Source: an uncultured bacterium (lineage in GTDB: Bacteria > Cyanobacteriota > Vampirovibrionia > Gastranaerophilales > Gastranaerophilaceae). From it: DNA of 64,000 nucleotides. The notes under the pieces were generated by a model, which did no database searches, was not told the DNA's origin, and saw only the letters and a list, made by a program, of their open reading frames with translations. The stretch spans positions 3,817-67,816 of the forward strand of contig URRM01000001.1 of assembly GCA_900550295.1 (NCBI GenBank), given 5' to 3'. Shown here piece by piece: positions 60,505 through 64,000 of the stretch; within the stretch, counting starts at the first letter, position 1, and each line of letters opens with the position of its first letter. The position numbers and the translations under genes are program-made.

Positions 60505-61062
60505 ATGCCATTTGAATTTGAAAAACAAAAAATAGAAGATGTCATTCTGGTAAAACCAAAAGTTTTTGGTGATAACAGAGGATTTTTTATGGAAACATAT
60601 AAAAAATCAGACTTTTTTGCTAATGGAATTACAGAAGAATTTGTTCAAGATAATCACTCAAAATCAACAAAAGGCGTACTTAGAGGCTTGCACTATCAAG
60701 CAAAGCCTTACGGACAAGCAAAACTTGTACGATGTTCAAAAGGTATAATTTACGACGTTGCCGTTGATATCAGAAAAGACTCTAAAACATACGGACAATA
60801 TGTAAAAGTTGAATTATCAGAAGAAAACAAACATATGTTGTTTATCCCGAATGGTTTTGCACACGGTTTTGTAGCTTTAACCGATGAAGTTGAATTGCTT
60901 TACAAAACTGGCGGAGAATACGCTCCTAGTGCGGATAGAGGTATCTTCTGGAAGGATGAAGACATAAATATTGATTGGGAAATTGATTTTGAACCAATCC
61001 TGAGCGAAAAAGATAAAGTACAACCAAAATTTAAAGATATAAATAAAGAGGAATTAATTTAA
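60505..61062 (+). CDS. rfbC: dTDP-4-dehydrorhamnose 3,5-epimerase
   Basis: Cupin RmlC pattern (DNRGFFMETY..GVLRGLHYQ..QAKLVRC..GFAHGF). 185 aa. Confidence 0.9.
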   Translation: MPFEFEKQKIEDVILVKPKVFGDNRGFFMETYKKSDFFANGITEEFVQDNHSKSTKGVLRGLHYQAKPYGQAKLVRCSKGIIYDVAVDIRKDSKTYGQYVKVELSEENKHMLFIPNGFAHGFVALTDEVELLYKTGGEYAPSADRGIFWKDEDINIDWEIDFEPILSEKDKVQPKFKDINKEELI

Positions 61063-62045
61063 TGAAAACAATGTTAGTAACTGGCGGTGCAGGTTTCATC
61101 GGTAGCTGTTTTGTAAGACACATTTTAAAAAAGCATCCTGATTACAAAGTAATAAACCTTGATGCACTAACTTATTGTGGAAACTTAGAAAACTTGGATG
61201 ATATCAAAGACAATCCAAATTATAAATTCGTACACGGCAACATTTGTGACCACGATTTAGTTAGAGAACTAATCAAAGACTGTGATTACGTTGTAAATTT
61301 TGCAGCAGAATCTCACGTTGATAATTCTATCAAACATCCTGAAATCTTTGTAGAATCAAATGTCCAAGGTACATTGAACTTACTTCAAGCCTGCAAAGAA
61401 CTAGGTATTGAAAGATATTTACAAGTTTCAACAGACGAAGTTTACGGTACATTGGGTAAAACAGGTTATTTCTACGAAACAACACCAATTCAACCAAACT
61501 CACCTTATTCAGCATCAAAAGCAAGTGCTGACTTGCTTGTAAGAGCATATTATGAAACTTACGGTTTACCTGTTCTAAACACTAGATGCTCAAACAATTA
61601 CGGACCTTATCAATATCCTGAAAAACTTATTCCATTCTTCATTTCAAAATTATTAAAGGGTGAAAAGGTTCCTGTATATGGTGACGGTTTGAACGTTCGT
61701 GACTGGTTATATGTTTACGACCACTGCGAAGCAATAGATGTAGTTTTACACAAAGGTAAAATTGGCGAAGTTTACAATATCGGCGGACATAACGAAAAAA
61801 CTAACATGGAAATTACACACCTTATCTTAGATGCAATGGGTAAAGATGAAAGTTCAATCGAATACGTTGCAGACAGATTGGGACACGATAGACGTTATGC
61901 TATTGCAAACGACAAAATCACATCTGAACTTGGATGGGAACCTTCAATCACATTTGAAGAAGGTATCAAATTAACTATTGATTGGTACTTAAAACACCAA
62001 GATTGGATGAAACATATTGAAGACAAGAAAACAGCATTAAAATAA
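61062..62045 (+). CDS. rfbB: dTDP-glucose 4,6-dehydratase
   Basis: GGAGFIGS Rossmann, catalytic YSASKA (YxxxK), SDR-extended length. Confidence 0.9.
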   Translation: MKTMLVTGGAGFIGSCFVRHILKKHPDYKVINLDALTYCGNLENLDDIKDNPNYKFVHGNICDHDLVRELIKDCDYVVNFAAESHVDNSIKHPEIFVESNVQGTLNLLQACKELGIERYLQVSTDEVYGTLGKTGYFYETTPIQPNSPYSASKASADLLVRAYYETYGLPVLNTRCSNNYGPYQYPEKLIPFFISKLLKGEKVPVYGDGLNVRDWLYVYDHCEAIDVVLHKGKIGEVYNIGGHNEKTNMEITHLILDAMGKDESSIEYVADRLGHDRRYAIANDKITSELGWEPSITFEEGIKLTIDWYLKHQDWMKHIEDKKTALK

Positions 62046-62058
62046 AAGGAGCTCTAAA

Positions 62059-62934
62059 ATGAAAGGTATTGTTCTTGCCGGTGGCGCTGGAACTAGATTA
62101 TATCCCTCAACAATGGTTGTTTCAAAACAACTGTTACCAATTTATGACAAACCAATGATTTATCATCCAATTTCAGTTTTAATGTTGGCTGGAATTACTG
62201 ATATATTGATTATCTCAACTCCACAAGATTTACCTAACTTTGAAAAATTATTAGGTACCGGTGAACAATTTGGACTTAAATTCTCATATAAAGTTCAACC
62301 ATCTCCAGATGGACTTGCACAAGCTTTTATTTTAGGCGAAGAATTCGTTGGTGACGACGATGTTGCAATGATTTTAGGTGATAACATCTTCTACGGACAA
62401 GGTTTCTCCGGCGCTTTACACAGAGCAATCGAAAATGTTTCAAAACGCAAACAAGCCACAGTTTTTGCATATGAAGTTCATGATCCGGAAAGATTTGGCG
62501 TTGTAGAATTCAATGACAAAAATCAGGCTGTATCTTTAGAAGAAAAACCCAAAGAGCCAAAATCTAATTACGCTGTAACAGGTTTGTATTTCTATCCAAA
62601 CAACGTTTGCAAATATGTTAAAACAATGAAACCGTCTGCACGTGGAGAATTAGAAATTACAGATTTAAACAGAATCTATTTAGAAAAAAATAAACTTCAA
62701 GTCGAAGTTTTAGGTCGTGGTTTCGCATGGCTTGATACAGGAACGCATAAGTCTTTGATTCAAGCAGGACAATATGTTCAAACTATTGAAGAAAACCAAG
62801 GCATTAAAATTGCTTGCCTTGAAGAAATTGCTTATAGAAAAGGCTTTGTAACAAAGGAACAGTTAGCAAAACATATTAAACCTTATAAAAACAATGAATA
62901 CTTCAACTACGTAAAACGCTTAATTAATAAGTAA
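62059..62934 (+). CDS. rfbA: Glucose-1-phosphate thymidylyltransferase
   Basis: GGAGTRLYP nucleotide-binding motif. 291 aa. Confidence 0.9.
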   Translation: MKGIVLAGGAGTRLYPSTMVVSKQLLPIYDKPMIYHPISVLMLAGITDILIISTPQDLPNFEKLLGTGEQFGLKFSYKVQPSPDGLAQAFILGEEFVGDDDVAMILGDNIFYGQGFSGALHRAIENVSKRKQATVFAYEVHDPERFGVVEFNDKNQAVSLEEKPKEPKSNYAVTGLYFYPNNVCKYVKTMKPSARGELEITDLNRIYLEKNKLQVEVLGRGFAWLDTGTHKSLIQAGQYVQTIEENQGIKIACLEEIAYRKGFVTKEQLAKHIKPYKNNEYFNYVKRLINK

Positions 62935-63282
62935 TTGTTTTTTAATCCAAGTCATAATCAGCTGAACAATATATTCTTGTTGTCCAGCTGTTAATTTTGT
63001 ACCTTGTGGAAACTTGTGCCATTTTGAAATACAACCTCGACAACAAGTGGCTGTTGCATGTTGAGCTATAAAAACAGGATGACCTCGCATTGGAGTTTGT
63101 TTTCCGTCATTTTGAATAACCTCCGGAGCAATTCTTTTGGCAATAAAATCTCTTGCATGAGATTCGATTACATCAAGACCTTTTTGCTTAATGTAATCGA
63201 ATTCTTTTTGCTTAAGTTTAAATTTACTTCTAAATTTTGAATTTGCTAACTTATCAAATATATCCATTTTATTTAATAGCAA
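62920..63282 (-). CDS. DUF4186-like small protein
   Basis: Motif [15 protein letters not shown] recalled as characteristic of DUF4186. 120 aa. Overlaps the rfbA stop convergently. Confidence 0.45.
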   Translation of the reverse strand: MLLNKMDIFDKLANSKFRSKFKLKQKEFDYIKQKGLDVIESHARDFIAKRIAPEVIQNDGKQTPMRGHPVFIAQHATATCCRGCISKWHKFPQGTKLTAGQQEYIVQLIMTWIKKQLLIN

Positions 63283-64000
63283 AACTTACGTTTGCAACTG
63301 CTGTAACTTTCTTTTCAATAGAACTTAAATCGTTATAACCTGAGTCACTTACATCGTTTGAATCTACTGGTGTAATTTGGAATACGCCCATTTTTGCCGA
63401 ACGGATTTTGCCAACTCTGTTGTGATTTGATTTTAACATTGATTTTGCTCTGTTTTTAGCATCTTTTGTTGCTTTTTCTAATAGAGAAACCTTTAAATCA
63501 GCAAGTTTTGAATAGTGATATTGAGGTTCCCCACTACTTGCAATATTAATACCTTTTTCAAAAAGCACTTGATATGCGGTAGATAATTCTTTAACCTTTT
63601 CTACATCTGTTGTAGAAACTTTGATTGGTTGTTGATAAACATAATTGTCTACCTTATTTGTTGCATAACCTGTATTTGGGTTTGTTTTGTAAGTTTCATA
63701 AGAATTTGACAACAATAATTCAATTTGATTTTCTTGAATTCCGTTTGAAGTCAAATATTTTTTAACTTCCGGAATTTGTCCTTGAACTGTTTTGTAAGCT
63801 TGTAATCGAGTTGGAGCTTTTGCAGTAATAGTGAAAGTCCAATTTGCAGAATCTGATTTTACAATTTCATAAGCTGAACCCGTAACTTGAATATTATTGT
63901 TTGAAAGGTTATTTGTAGCAATCAAAGCCGCAAAAATTGCACCTATCGCAATACATACACCCAAAATTGCTAACTGAAAATCTCTAAATTTTTCGTACAT
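63269..64000 (-). CDS. SIMPL-domain (DUF541) periplasmic protein
   Basis: N-terminal TM/signal anchor, SIMPL-like beta-rich body (..QVTGSAYEIVKSDSANWTFTITAK..). The ATG start is the last 3 nt of the window. Confidence 0.6.
   Translation of the reverse strand: MYEKFRDFQLAILGVCIAIGAIFAALIATNNLSNNNIQVTGSAYEIVKSDSANWTFTITAKAPTRLQAYKTVQGQIPEVKKYLTSNGIQENQIELLLSNSYETYKTNPNTGYATNKVDNYVYQQPIKVSTTDVEKVKELSTAYQVLFEKGINIASSGEPQYHYSKLADLKVSLLEKATKDAKNRAKSMLKSNHNRVGKIRSAKMGVFQITPVDSNDVSDSGYNDLSSIEKKVTAVANVSFAIK

Noticed and set aside
60505-62934. Missing rfbD (dTDP-4-dehydrorhamnose reductase) in the rfbCBA cluster
   Set aside because: The fourth gene is commonly located elsewhere, and the window ends 1 kb downstream. 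It is not anomalous on present evidence.

Overview
The window is a 64 kb chromosomal segment from a low-GC (about one-third G+C by eye), probably diderm bacterium. Diderm status is suggested by MacAB-TolC-like efflux, an MCE/MlaD-like protein, a GT9 heptosyltransferase and a type IV pilin. It is densely packed with genes on both strands, mostly housekeeping:

- Potassium uptake and lipoate/redox: trkA (3' part), trkH, lipA and an lpdA-like gene.
- Cell wall and transport: alr and an MFS transporter.
- Purine metabolism: a standalone AICAR-transformylase domain.
- A U32 peptidase, mazG and der.
- Chaperones: grpE-dnaJ (no dnaK) and groES-groEL.
- An L,D-transpeptidase, a GT9 heptosyltransferase, an alpha-glucan phosphorylase, yifB/comM and miaB.
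- hom-thrC, ribD, two Zn-ADHs, ribF with a formyltransferase paralogue, and upp.
- A tolC-like/macA/macB efflux operon, a 5'-nucleotidase-like phosphoesterase and a MATE pump.
- rfbC-rfbB-rfbA, followed by a DUF4186 and a SIMPL protein.

No rRNA, tRNA, CRISPR array, transposase or integrase was recognised.

Five non-housekeeping stretches stand out:

1. A type IV pilin-like gene (7226-8170, minus strand) has a 5' end built from short modular palindromic repeats inserted in frame, plus a G10 homopolymer. The same repeat modules recur in the adjacent intergenic region (8270-8830) and again at 18507-18625.
2. A two-gene insert (14170-15889) encodes a winged-helix (OmpR-C-like) protein and a degenerate DUF262/ParB-like protein. 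It is followed by a frameshifted pilin remnant (15902-16310) between a sensor kinase and mazG.
3. A 748-aa protein (41696-43942) carries a Q/P-rich prion-like linker, an acidic segment and a C-terminal UvrD/PcrA-like Tudor domain. It sits next to an MCE-domain membrane protein.
4. A tight operon (55285-58948) encodes an ACE-like (M2/neurolysin-like) zinc peptidase and two paralogous proteins with an undescribed G-x-I-G repeat. A metzincin-TPR fusion lies opposite.
5. Two small-RNA or leader candidates are defined by orphan intrinsic terminators, at 31731-31846 and 52085-52118.

All calls are from reading the sequence and the ORF track. No database searches were run.
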